Under the pieces are notes generated by a model. That model did no database searches. It had not been told where the DNA came from and was given only the letters and a program-made list of their open reading frames with translations. From Bigelowiella natans CCMP2755 (Eukaryota > Protista > Cercozoa), in NCBI GenBank assembly GCA_000320545.1, contig ADNK01002756.1, forward strand, positions 1-52,166: DNA of 52,166 nt, in the 5' to 3' direction. Position numbers and translations under genes: made by a program. Position 1 is the stretch's first letter. Each line of letters opens with the position of its first letter. Of this stretch, positions 26,260-38,649 are shown piece after piece.

Positions 26260-26944
26260 TTTTCCCTTCTACTACTAGACTAGAACCTATTTTAAATGTG
26301 AGACGGTCCCCATCGATGTCATAGAACTTCAGAGGCTGGAGTACCCAAGATCAAGGGGGGGAGGGGAGGGCGAACAAGGGGGAGCAGCGTGATTACAAAT
26401 TAGACTGAATCATTTTATGTAAACGCATATGCTTGCTTTCGCCATCGAAACCAGATCAACACAGCTTAGAGCATATCGTCCACCCCTCCCCGAATCAAGA
26501 CCTCTTTCCTCTCCCCTACTCTCTCCTTTCCTCCATCTCGTTGTTTTGTCCTCCATCTAACCGTGAAATCAATTTCGTCTTCGTCGTCATCGTCGTCGTC
26601 GTCGTCATAATCGTAATCGTCATCGTCCTCATCATCGTCGTCGTAGTCCTCATCCTCGTCGTAGTCCTCACCGTATTCCTCCTCGTCCTCGGCTGCATCT
26701 TCGTCGTCATCCGAGGGGACGGTCAGCGGGTCCTTTCGTTTCTTGCGGGGGCTTGGCTCCTAATGTACAGTTATGGCGTATATATTCTCAATGCAGCATC
26801 GCATGGAGAGAAATGGGTCAGAGATGTGTTGCTTTGCCTACTATGAGCACGTGTGATAGAGGAAGAATTCCGCATCGATGAATGATTTACAGATCTATAC
26901 TAACCTCTTCGTCATCATCCACAATCATCTTCGAAGGCTGACGT

Positions 26945-26979
<35 letters not shown>

Positions 26980-27806
26980 ACGAAGCATTATCGATTTAGC
27001 TGTGCATCGGTCTTTTCTTATAATTGCGCAAGAATGTGCCCATCATTATCATCATCATCATCATAACTACATCTTTCGCTGTCGATTTCCTACCTTGATC
27101 AGCTTGGTTCGCTTGGGCTTCAACAACGAGGGCCGGATGGGACGGTACTCCATGGTTGGCGCAGAGACGCTTCTCTTATTTCCTACCCTTAGTCGCTCTG
27201 CAGCACTCGCCGATTTGGATCCTTCTAACATCTACGAGACGTGAATATATGTCTTTCGTTTATATTCATTCGCGCTCACGGTATTGCAAAACTGGCTGAT
27301 GTGACTCTGTTGGAAAATCGGAAATTGCATCGCGAACACAGCCGTAGCAGTGCTATTTTGTCTAACATGACGATGCTTTAGATCTAACGATTGTTATTTC
27401 TTTTTAATGCCCACTATTTCCCCCCCCCCTTTATCCCTCAAAGGTCTGTCTGTGAATGCCTCTTATTATTTTTTCTCTAATAAATTCATACATCTGATTC
27501 GCTGGAGAAGGAGAGGTAGACCATGACCACTATCATAGATACGATTAGCGAGCCTGTCTGCAATAGTTTGCGCCCCCGACGCCTCCGCCATGGGATCTCG
27601 GCCACCTATAGAATCAGGAAGTGTCAAAATATATATGGCAGTAGAATGTAGAACGATTCAGTCGTTTCAGATCTTCCACTGGAAAAATTCAACACGCCGA
27701 TAGCTGATATTCTGTTTCAGGCGAGCGAGCTGCAGCCGTAATCGAATTCTAATCTTCCCTCCTTCTCAACAGATATTTCTACCTGCGGTGGTGTAGCAAC
27801 GTACAT
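22120..27806 (-). CDS. Many-exon uncharacterised protein with a basic NLS-like motif, a long Asp/Tyr acidic tract, a small globular domain and a coiled coil; both ends approximate
   Basis: GT-AG exons in order: ...MEYRPIRPSLLKPKRTKLIK|PSKMIVDDDEE|EPSPRKKRKDPLTVPSDDDED...DEIDFT, PLKFYDIDGDRLTFKI, YHSATGTITDDSGSFVIPSGERSR|VLAHLRRLAKLAYPRVRLRGFPMFSTRE|VPITNHESIEE|AIKSEEKRIANATK|ALEGMESMLSKWSAQLEEEEAEK, RRKRDMERLEKDIAAMKK. Candidate first exon is MYVATPPQ at 27806. Confidence 0.6.
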
Positions 27807-28619
27807 TATTGCTCTAATTTACAGATATCTGCTGCCGAACTCAAATTAAATCCTGAAAGCGTGGTACAGCTAGATATGGGGCAGAGTCAAGGCGAGTGGG
27901 CTTGGGGGCAGCCGGGATTTAAATAGCTTAATATTAAGACTTTAAAGTTGCGAAATAAATAATACAAATATTATAAAATATCATAGAAGTATTGTAGACG
28001 ACAACATAAATGAAACCTAAAAAAGATAATATTAACGGGTGACATGTTCCGCTTGAGAACTTCATTGAGGGAAATTGAACTGATACTTCTTTCATATTTT
28101 AAGCAATTTTTGTCAGTAGTTTCTCCCTAATATTTATTGTTTGAGTAATGGTTGCGCACATTTCACCGCCACAGGATTTCCCAAACAAGCTCGCTCCAAT
28201 GACATCCGACATCGATCTTCTGGGGCCAAAAAATACCTCTTCATTTTTAGTTTTTTAGTGATCAATTACGTTAGATTCTCCCGCAACTCCGAGAAGAATT
28301 TCCAGAAGGAGATTTCGTCGAATTTCGCATGTGGTTACTCGCTTTAAAGAAAATACAGTTCTTTTTGCAATGCCGACATAGCATGTCAAAGCTACGAACC
28401 TGAAAATGTCAACTTTGTGGTGATTCGGAGAATAACGGTACTAATCTTTCCAAATCTATGATAGTAGCCTAAACGTATCTATTTTGATGTCTGCGACATG
28501 CATCTCATCTGCAACTGAATAGGAAATCAGCGTTCAACAAAAAAATGCGGATCTTGTCTAATGTCTTGCAACATTTTGGAAATTTAGTTCGTCATCATTG
28601 TTCTTGTTCTTGTTCTTGT

Positions 28620-29800
28620 TCTTGTCTGAGGAGCATCTGTGTCTCTGTCTCCACCAGCTTAGTTGCGCTTTCCCAATTGTGCCTCCGAACATTGCAAGTT
28701 GCAAGTCAGTGTCATGCGTGTGACACGTGTGAATTGTCTCAACATGCAATGCTGTGAGTCAATGAGAGTCTCCAGACCAGCAGAGCTGAGAGGGCTAGCT
28801 AGCTGGAGAGCTGGAGAGCTGGCTAGCTGGAGATCCCAGCTAGCCAGCTAGCCAGCCCTCTTGCTCTGGTGCTGGCATGGTGTGCAACGCAAAAACGTGC
28901 TGCACCCAGTCTAGCAGTCCCAGAGTCTAGATCATGGACACACGTGACACTGCATGCACATTCTGGCATTGCTAGATTGTGCGTGCGATCTGGCGATGTC
29001 ACTGTCTAGCTAGCTGGACTGTCCAGCTGTGCCTGGTCCAGTGATGTTGCTGTCTGGCTGTCTAGCTGTGTCCATTGTTTGGTTGTGACTGATCCACGCA
29101 CTGCTAGACTGTCTAGCTGTGTCTGCTTCTGGCTAGCTAGGCCTGGTTGTGCCAGTTGTGGTGGGATGGCCAATCTGGCAATTGCAACAGCAATGCGACA
29201 CATCGCTAGATCGTCCAGATCGTGTCATCGCATCCCTCTCCTGCTCCAATTTTGCGCCATTTTGCCAAAGAAATTCTCACCAGAGCCTCGAGAAATTCAG
29301 ACCGCATGAACTGATTGCTCGCTAGCTCGGCTAGCTTGCTAGCTTGTCCGGTTGTCAGGCTGCAAGGCAGGCTGGCTAGCTAGCAGGGTTGCCTGAAATT
29401 GTTTGCATTCCGCGCTTCAAATCTACGCCATCCAATTCTTCGTCGGAACCACAATCTTCACCGACATTCTTCTCAATGATGATCAAAGATCACTTCTAGA
29501 CTTGCCTAGTTGCAGCTAGCTAGCTTGGGCAGTCTAGCCTAGTAGCAGTGCTAGAGTTGTGCGCGCGGCTGTGGACAGCACTAGCTAGCTAGAGTAGAGA
29601 GCACGACCACTAGAGCATGCAGTGTTTCATGCTAGCATGCTAAGACATTGTGATTGAATGTGGTGCATGCTAGCATGTGAAATCCATTCAACCAATGCAA
29701 GACTTTGGTACAGTGCAAGCTATGAAATGCGAATTCTTGGAAAAATTAAATTTGCCCATTGTTTTTGGGCAACATGCAGCTGGTGTGACGTCGTTTAGCT
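28620..29800. other. TpA-depleted, strongly CTAG-enriched tract 4 (downstream of the gene ending at 29960)
   Basis: Hand count for 28662-29423: about 21 TA dinucleotides, all inside CTAG, with GCTAGCTAGCT runs. Confidence 0.92.
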
Positions 29801-29959
29801 GATGCCTATGCTTCTATGTCTCCAGATAGATAGTTGTGCGTGCACAGTATGTGCGCATTTGTTGTCAAGATTTACGTGAAGGAAGAGAGAGAGGGGGGGG
29901 GGGGGGGGGAGGGAGTTTGTGTCGCGCGTGTGTGCGTATTTGTTGATGTAAATCTAGAA

Positions 29960-32900
29960 TTAATCTACAGCACGATCTAAAGCTTTTAATGTGACGGCAC
30001 GACTCAAAGAGTTTCTTGACATTGGCGAGAGGAAAGTGCTGCCGCCATGGGATGAAGATGTCCCCATGGCAGCTATATTGGATAGCGATGATGTTGGCAT
30101 TCTGGTCATCATGGAATTATCATCTTTCTCGTCTAGAGGAGCCGCAGCTACCGAGCCACCGCTGTTGTCGTAGCTGCTCGCCCTACCCCTGTTGCTACTT
30201 CTTTGATTAGGACAGGAGATGGATGAAAGTGATGATGTTAGCAGTCGATTGTATCGTCTATCTTGAGAATTATTGAACATCGTAGAAGAGGCAGCATTTG
30301 CATCGGAAGCTCCGGTATTAGGAGAGAGCAAACGAGACGAGCGCACTAGAGTCACACCTGCTGTGGTAGTGACCGCTGCTTGGGGGGAGGGAGGCGGCAC
30401 GGCCAGATCCGCCACCTCTCCAGCGGAAGATGTCGCACCTACAGAGGATGATGAGGCTGCTCCAGTGTGCGAAAAACGCTGATTGTGACTTTGTTTATAG
30501 CTACGAGGGGGGTAGAGATGATGGCTGCGAGCTCCAGAGGCGGTGCACATTTTGGCTTCCAACAAAGCACGTTTCAGTGGCGTGTCGCGAGATAGAGTAT
30601 CTGTTGTCGCCGCTGGTTCACCCCCCGTCATCGCCGATGCCATCATCGCAGCACGTACGGCGGCCTTTCTTGTACCGCTACTGGCTGCGCCGCCGGGTGT
30701 CCCCCCTCCAATGCTGATGCTGCTAGAGCGAACAAGTGTACGTGAGCGAGAGGGAGATCTTGACAGCTCATTCCCAGAGTGAGCTCCAGCACCTCCTCCT
30801 CCTCCGCCTACTCCTTTCGAGACGCTGCTGTGGTGATGGAGAGCTGACCGAGTGACTGAATTTGACTTCTCGTCATCACAGGCACCGTTGTCATCGGGAT
30901 GATACATCGAGCCTACAAGCGCTGAGTTGCTGATATCGTAAGGCCGTTTCGCGGACATCATCGTCGCTACGCCGCCACCTCTCGCAACAACCCCTCCCTC
31001 CGCGTGCGACATCTGCGTCATGTTTCGCGTATTGCTGATCGAGACGCGCGACAGCGTTCCCAGCCGCATCCTCGACACGAAGTGGCTCTTAGAGCGCTCT
31101 CGGAGAAAGTGGTTCTTGTAGTAGTCCCGGGACTTCTCGTGCAGCACTACGAAGTAGAAGGCCCCTCCCAGCAGGATGAAGTTGAACAACGCCAGGCTGA
31201 GCACCATGTGGCCAACCGACTCCACAACGGGTTGCGAGATAGATCCATGCTGCGAGTGGAGGTAGGACAGATAGTCCAGCACCGTCGCCATCAGCACCGT
31301 GAAGAGAACAGACGTCTTGACCGGGCCCTTCCACCGCGCATGCCACACGAATGGCTTTGTGACGGTGATGAGCGAGATGTACGATGTGACGGCGAGGGAG
31401 TTGAGGCACAGCTTCAGCACGTGGTCCGAGTCGTTCGGCCCGGAAAGGAGCACATTGGAGCAGCAGAGCACAGTCATCGAGGCGAAATGCACGTGGTAGA
31501 GCCAGAAGTACTCGGGGACGTAGTCGTCGCCAAAGAACTTCTGGTAGCGCCGCCGCTCTATTTTGGCAAAGCGACCCGTGGAGATAACCCTGTGCAGCTT
31601 GTAGTAGGACATGATTGGGAACCCTGCGCTCAGCAGCAGCAGCACCAGCGCGCCCATGACTCCGACCGGCATGTGCTCAGGGCCAAAGCACTGTAGATTA
31701 GGATTGGCCGAGGATACCCTGCCACTTCCTCCTCCTCCTCCTCCTTCGCTATTATCCCCCACAGGGGCGTCTATGCAGTGCACAGCTCCGATTCCGAACA
31801 ACGTCGCTGGCACGTACATTCCCGTCAGTAGAGTGATGACGAAACCCTCGACGGGCTCTCGGATGCTCAGCAGCGGTTTCGTCATCAGCTGTCGGAGGCA
31901 CTTGACCTCGAAGCACAGCACCGTGAGCAGCAGCAGCAGCGCGGTGGAGAACAGAGCGTAGTGGACCCAAAACACGTCGTAGGAGTCGTTGATGCACTCC
32001 GGCGCCACGGCCTGCAAGTCGAAGTTCATAACGTTCAACCACAGCAGCAGGCCGACCAGAGACTGCGACAGCCCCGTGGAGGACGATATGACCAGAGAGT
32101 AGGCCTGCAGCACCAACACAATCCACAGAATCAAGTCGCGCGCCTCGAACAGCAGCACCCTGCGGTCCGCCATCGATGCGTTTCGCTGCGAGCGGGCGAT
32201 GGCGAGGCGGATGAGCAGGTACGTCAGCAGGCACGCGCCGCCGAGAAGCAGCAGCCGCATGAGCCTCTCCTCGATGTCCCCAGAAGGACACGCCTTGCAC
32301 AGGTCAAACTCGGCGTAGTACCCCTTCTCGCAGGACGCGCACAGCACGCCTTCATAGCCCCTTCCGCATCCCGGCTCGGCATCCGCAATACTCCACCCAA
32401 GGCACCGTACCTCGGAAGGGACCGGGCACTGGTGGACAACCCCAAGATCCTCTCTTGACGTCCAAAACCCACGCATGGGCCAGCAGCGTGCTCCGCCAGG
32501 GCAGAACGCGTTCTCAGGGCACACTCGGCACGAATCACCGCTCCCAAACGCACACTGGCGCTGGTCCTCCTCGCGGAGAAGAGAGCATGTTGCGACGTCG
32601 AGAAAACCAACACACCGGGGGGTGTAGAAGAACCCCCTTCCCCCCCCCGGGCAGCCAGAGGGACAACGGAGGACTCCTCCCAGCCCATTGAGGTCGCTGT
32701 AAGGATTTACGATGGCGACGCTCTGGTACCCGCATTCCTCGACGCTCTCCCCCCCGCACATTTGGGCATAAGTCGGGGTTGTGAAGCTAACGCTCCTGTC
32801 GGTGCAGCCAGAGACGTTTACGCGGATATCACCGACATACACGAGGGGGCAGCTCCCTCCATCAGGGATGAAGACAGGCCCTTGGAACTTGCCGTCCGCC

Positions 32901-35501
32901 ATCGCTGTGACCGCAGTGCTTGTGCTCATCGTCGCGACCATTGTTGGTCCGGGGAAGACCAGGGACGACAGCGTTTGGTTGCGGATGACGTAGGTGAAAT
33001 CGCCAACGCCAGGCCACACCACGTTCTCCAGAACCCCGCTGATATTAAACGTCGCGGCTTCGAGAAAGTCAGACGACTCTGCAGAGCACTGCACGGTGAA
33101 GCTCTGGTACTTGTCATCATCATTGTTGAGGTCCCAACGACTGGAGACTCGGAACACGGCGACGCTGGAAAGAAATGATGATGGCTGCTGGCTGCTGTCC
33201 GATGAGGATGGGGGGGGGATGCTGCAGTCGTTGCTGGACTCGTAGCACGGAGTGTCGCATACAAAGTCGGCCGGGAGGACATCCGCAGCGACTAACTCGT
33301 CAAAGGCGCAGCTGACTCCATCCGCACCGTTCAATATGCTCTCACGATAATTCCTTGCAGCATCCATGCTACCCCCCCCGCCCCCCAGCGAAAGGTTCAG
33401 GGCCAAGCCTCCGTTACACCACAGGGTGAGGTCATCCCGGCATTCCCACACAGTCGGGTCTGCATGAAACAATGTCACCTCACTGCTCTCCTCAAGGTCC
33501 ACCGAGTTCCTTCCTCCGGACTTGGGGGTCACACGAATCTTGGGGCTGACAGATTCGCATCGTACTCGTATCGTGATGTCTTCTCGCCCCCCCGCCCCCG
33601 TCAAATACCGGGCGCGGTTCTGCACGAAGAAGTACGTCTCAGGTGGGATGGGGATGCTAAGGGCGCTAGCAGAAGCCGTTGCGGGGGGAGTAGTAGTGGT
33701 AGTAGTAGTAGCAGTAGTAGTAGCTGCTGCAGAAGGGCTTTGATCATTGCTAGCAGAGCTGTTTTCTTCTTCTCCTTGGTCCTCACCGCCCCCACCCACC
33801 CCTCCCCATGGCGAGGCCTCCCTTAGCCTCAAGGTGTTTTGGCGGACAAACAGGGTATCGATCCCTCTGATTACAGGGAACGAGGGCGATGCTGTGGGGG
33901 TGGTGGTGGTAGGAGAGCCCGTCGTGGGGGAGGCAGAAGGTGACCACGTCGATGGGGTCAAGGTACTTGGAGAGCAGGAGGTAGGTGAGACGCTCGGCGA
34001 CTGTGTGGGGGATATTGTTGGCGTAGCAGTGAGCGGGTGGGAGGATGTCGGCGAAGCGCTCGGGGACGCCGTCGGGGACTCCGAGGGCGCGACGGTGGTG
34101 GGAGAGCACGATGTCGGTGAGACGCTAGGCGATTTCGTTGGCGAGGACGAGGGCGTGGCAGTTAAAGGGTGGGAGGATGTCGGCGCGAGAGTGGTAGGGG
34201 CACTGGAGGGGGAAAGCGATGGCGCCTGGGTGGCTGGAGAGCGCGAAGTGGGCGAAGAGCTCGGGGTGGCGGAGGGGGCCGGGGAAGGGCTGACTGCGAG
34301 GCGGCATGGTTTGAAACAGCACTGTCAGCTTTCTCGGGGATGAATGCATAATGTGAGCAGACATAGTTGACCAAGTTTGAAAAACTTGAGCAAATCTTAA
34401 TAAAAAACAAAACGTGTGTGTGTGTGTGTGTGTGTGTGTATTGTGCGTGTGTGGAAAAGCCTAGTCCATGAATGCGTGCTCACGCAAACACACGACTCCT
34501 TCCTCCTCCTCCTCCTCCTCCTCCTCCTCCTCCTCCCACACACATGGGAAAAACTACTAGCATAGGTACTAACCTGTGGTGGGATGCCTTGTCGTAGGAG
34601 ACACCGAAGGAACATACGAGGGGGAGAGCGAAGAGGGGGAGAGGGACGGCATCGTAGTCCCACAACCGTTATATCTGCAATGATTGGGAAAGGTTGAATT
34701 GATGAGTCGATTGCTATGTACGTGTAGAGTAAGGCCACTAGCAATAGTGCTTTTGTATTTTTTCAGCAGTAGTGACTAAGTATGTTCCACGGCACTTATG
34801 ATACGAATAGTACCCTACTGAAGCTGCCCAAGTTCCGTCGTTCCCGCACTCAATCTGCTCGAGAGCGATTATGCAATGGCAATTAGGACAAGACTGTTCA
34901 TTGACGCATGGCACTGAGATCGAAGGCATTGACAATTGATGTGACTACGATGGATGGAGGCCTACCATTCCATATCCAACCAGCACCCCACTGCATGTGA
35001 ATGCACACCTCGACCCACTTGGAGTGATTTCGGCACAGTCTATGAGTATTTGGAGAAGGGGGGGGGGGGGGGGGGGAGGGGATGCAGGAAGTTTGATGGG
35101 GAGCAGCACGATGAATGTTCTCAATGTTTGTTAGTAATAAATGACTGATAAAATATGTCCTTTACAGCCAAACAGGCAACGTTACTACACCCCCACCTTG
35201 AGACTCCAGAATGCCAATTATGTTCGAGTCTAACCCTGAAACGCCCCAACATACAGTGCCACAAAACTTTGAGAAAAATACATCTGAAGTCTTAGACTTT
35301 CTTCGGCATAATCGCCACATGTTCATTTTCCATCTTTCCGATACTTTGATAGGTGTTGTGTGATTAAGTGAAAATTACTCAACCAAACGCTATGCGCGCG
35401 TACCTGGTGCGTTGTTGCTAGGATTTGGACGCGTGCATACAGGCTCGTTCGTGCATTGAAATGCCTCTTCCGCCCACACACCATCCTGATCACGTATATA
35501 T

Positions 35502-35537
<36 letters not shown>

Positions 35538-35541
35538 TTCA

Positions 35542-35579
<38 letters not shown>

Positions 35580-36332
35580 ATCAGTATCACAATCGTGATC
35601 ATTATCATCACCCACCACACACTGTAGATGTCCAACAGCAGCGAAACCAGAAGCACATTCGATAGGGCACACGAAACCGCTCACTGTATAGGAATGTCTG
35701 CAGTGGCAGATAATGGGAGGGGGCAAGGGAGGAAAAGGACGAAAAAACAAACGGGGAAATTTCAGTTATAATAATTTTAAAAAAAAAACAGAAAAACCAT
35801 TTTTTATGCTTCTTTATTTGGCTGCTGTGTGTAATTTAGCAATATATGCATAGTAGTATGTCGCAAATATATCATAGGCCTCTTAGGATAAAACCGAGCT
35901 TGAAAAAAGCTCCAAACATCTCATCCGCGCTACCCCCCCCCCCCCGCCCCCCCCCATCTTTCAAGCACCAATATCGAATGGATATGATAAGGTGGTTCTT
36001 GAGTTATTACCGTGAGCCGTCGCATGGAGTTGGGAAAGATGTGATCTGTTAGTGATATCATCGACAAAAAGCCCGCATTCTTAGTAATATGGGGACGAAT
36101 GGAATACTTATACCACAAAAACACTACTACTACTACTACTACAAATCCTACTAGTGCTGCTGCGCTGCTGCTCGCTGGTAGTACCGCATTCGTAAGAGAT
36201 GCTGAAGGCACGTCTGTAGTGCATGCACCCCCGACCTATGTGTTGTTGGTAATGTAAAGTACTCAATCATTCGGCGAAGAAGCAGAAGGCCCAATAGTAA
36301 GACTTTTAAGAGATAACAAGATAGAGAATGTA

Positions 36333-36394
<62 letters not shown>

Positions 36395-36554
36395 CGTTAG
36401 CGATAGGTTCTTTTTGACTGTAAAAACCTGCACACTATCATGATCATCTTCATCGTCATCATCATCATCATCGTGCAGGGGATGGGCCAGGCCCTGACGA
36501 CATGTCATCAGCGAAAGGGGTGGGAGAAGTGTACACACAAATATATACATATGT

Positions 36555-36592
<38 letters not shown>

Positions 36593-37202
36593 ATATATCA
36601 AGAAAGAAGGACTTGAAATAACCTGGGGCACTGATACGCTCATAAACACCGGAGCACCTGCTGTCTGCTGGCCATAGCGATTGTGTGTTATTTCCATTGA
36701 GCAGGGAGGGCTGAATGGAATGAGGATGAGAAAAGGGGAGGGGGGGGGATGAGTGCTGATGATGCACTTGAACAAACGGTAGTTGTTCGTATTAAAAACG
36801 GCAGAGATTGTCGGATTTGTCCGCACTATTATTCAATATGAGAGTCTTCTTCGTGTTGTTATATCAAATCTTCGGCGACTCAAACGTCATATGGCAATCC
36901 ATTAACGCTTGGGCTGCGTCTTTCTTTTGTTCCAAACACGAGAAGGGGGGAGGGGGGGGGGGGGGTTAGATTCTTACTATTGGCCCGGCTGCAGCTCCTG
37001 GTCAGCGTTTGTTATCTGAGTAGTACGGCATCATGCAATGATAATGAAAATCTCTGTCGCACATGATTTCTTGCTCCATTCGAGGCCGTCACATGATGAA
37101 GTCCACAGTATGAAGTCCACAGTTATTGTTGTTCTCCATGTATATAGAAGTGCTGCTCGAGTTTAAGCCGTAATTGTTTGGTGCGTTGTACCCCTCCTAC
37201 TC

Positions 37203-37235
<33 letters not shown>

Positions 37236-37380
37236 TTAGTAGTACTACCTCCATGCGGTAGGTCCCAGGTAAAGCGTCGTTGACCTCTGCGTACCACCTG
37301 GCGCAGTATCGATCATGAAACAACAACTATACAGCTTGATTATGCAACAAGAAATACTTGGAGTGTAGGTGGTATATAGC

Positions 37381-37417
<37 letters not shown>

Positions 37418-37998
37418 GTAAAAGAGTAAATAGGTAGTATATACATATACACACAAATACACACACACAACTTGGGGATGTTGGCTTACCAGTCAACTAT
37501 CTTGTCGTCATTATCGTTCCCCCCCTCCTCAGCTCCTTGGCAAATGCAGACGAATGAGCAATCGGCAGTGGGATCATAACGTATACATAATGATGATGAT
37601 GACAATGATGATGATGATGATGATGATGATATTGATGGTGATGATCATAACATCAACGATAAAGAAGGGGAAAGTACCTATATCTTTTAGACAGTAAGGT
37701 TTCGCCGAGCCGAACGACGAAATCGCCCATTCCTATGCGTTTTTAATGTCAGTGCTGTGCGTGTAATAGGAGTTCTAAACTACTGGTGTTGATGTTGGTG
37801 GTGGTGGTTATACCTGTGTAGGATCTGGAGAATTTGACAACGGTGTGTAACAGGTCAAATGGCTTCCAGACCTATAGATATGTGTAGGTAAACACGTGAT
37901 GTGATATTGCGAATGATATCAATTACATTATCGTTCGATTGGGCGAGTAGTGTGGTATGGGCGTGCGTGTGTTTGTGTGTGTGTGTGAGAGAGAGAGG

Positions 37999-38045
<47 letters not shown>

Positions 38046-38300
38046 AGTATACACCCCACAGTAAACATTACCGAACAAGGTTTTGGTTGTTTGAATTCTT
38101 CAGTGTTTTGCAAGCCTTCCGTCCTGTTGTATATGTGTGTAAAGCAATGTGGTTATATTGACTGAGCAACCTGCTTCGAGTTGTAAAGCGAGCTGCCCTT
38201 CCACAAGTCAAGATTACGTCAACCGTCTCAGCAAAAGAAATGTGTTAGATACAAACCATTATAATCCTCCGATTGGGAAAGGAACATTGCCTCCAACTGA
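29960..38300 (-). CDS. Large receptor-like membrane protein: many small 5' exons, then one 4.3-kb exon (34293-29960) with mucin stalk, IPT/TIG-like segment, Cys-rich repeat, about 7 TM helices and Ser-rich tail; 5' end uncertain
   Basis: The 1333-aa ORF extends upstream in frame to an AG acceptor at 34294. It has TxSP repeats, VYVGDIRVNVSGCTDRSVSFTTP..YQSVAIVNP, CRVCPENAFCPGGARCWPMRGFW, CGRGYEGVLCASCEKGYY, hydrophobic helices and FGDDYVPEYFW. Upstream Cys-containing exons (e.g. CHCIIALEQIECGNDG, SYTVSGFVCPIECAS) lie between microsatellite-rich introns. Confidence 0.85.
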
Positions 38301-38614
38301 CTCACGCTGACAGCCTAGCCAATTAATAACGCGATGTATCTTTAGCATGTCCATGCGCATATATTTTGTTCAAGTGAGCGCCCTAAACACTCTCGTCAGG
38401 GCGCCTAAAAGTAAATCTACGGGGAGGGGGGGGGTAGAGGGGTTGAATTACATCATCAATTTGGCCGACGGAGCAAATATCCGTGAAATTATAAAAGAGG
38501 TCCATCTGATATTATGACAGCAATAGCCAAGATGATCGACAACTAGTTCGGGATTATGGATAATGCATATGTACAGGAGTATGTTTAACAACAGTGTAAG
38601 GCACACGCACGCTC

Positions 38615-38649
<35 letters not shown>

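Noticed and set aside
31004-34343. Long plus-strand ORFs overlapping the 1333-aa ORF
   Set aside because: They are antisense shadows of a GC-rich coding exon.
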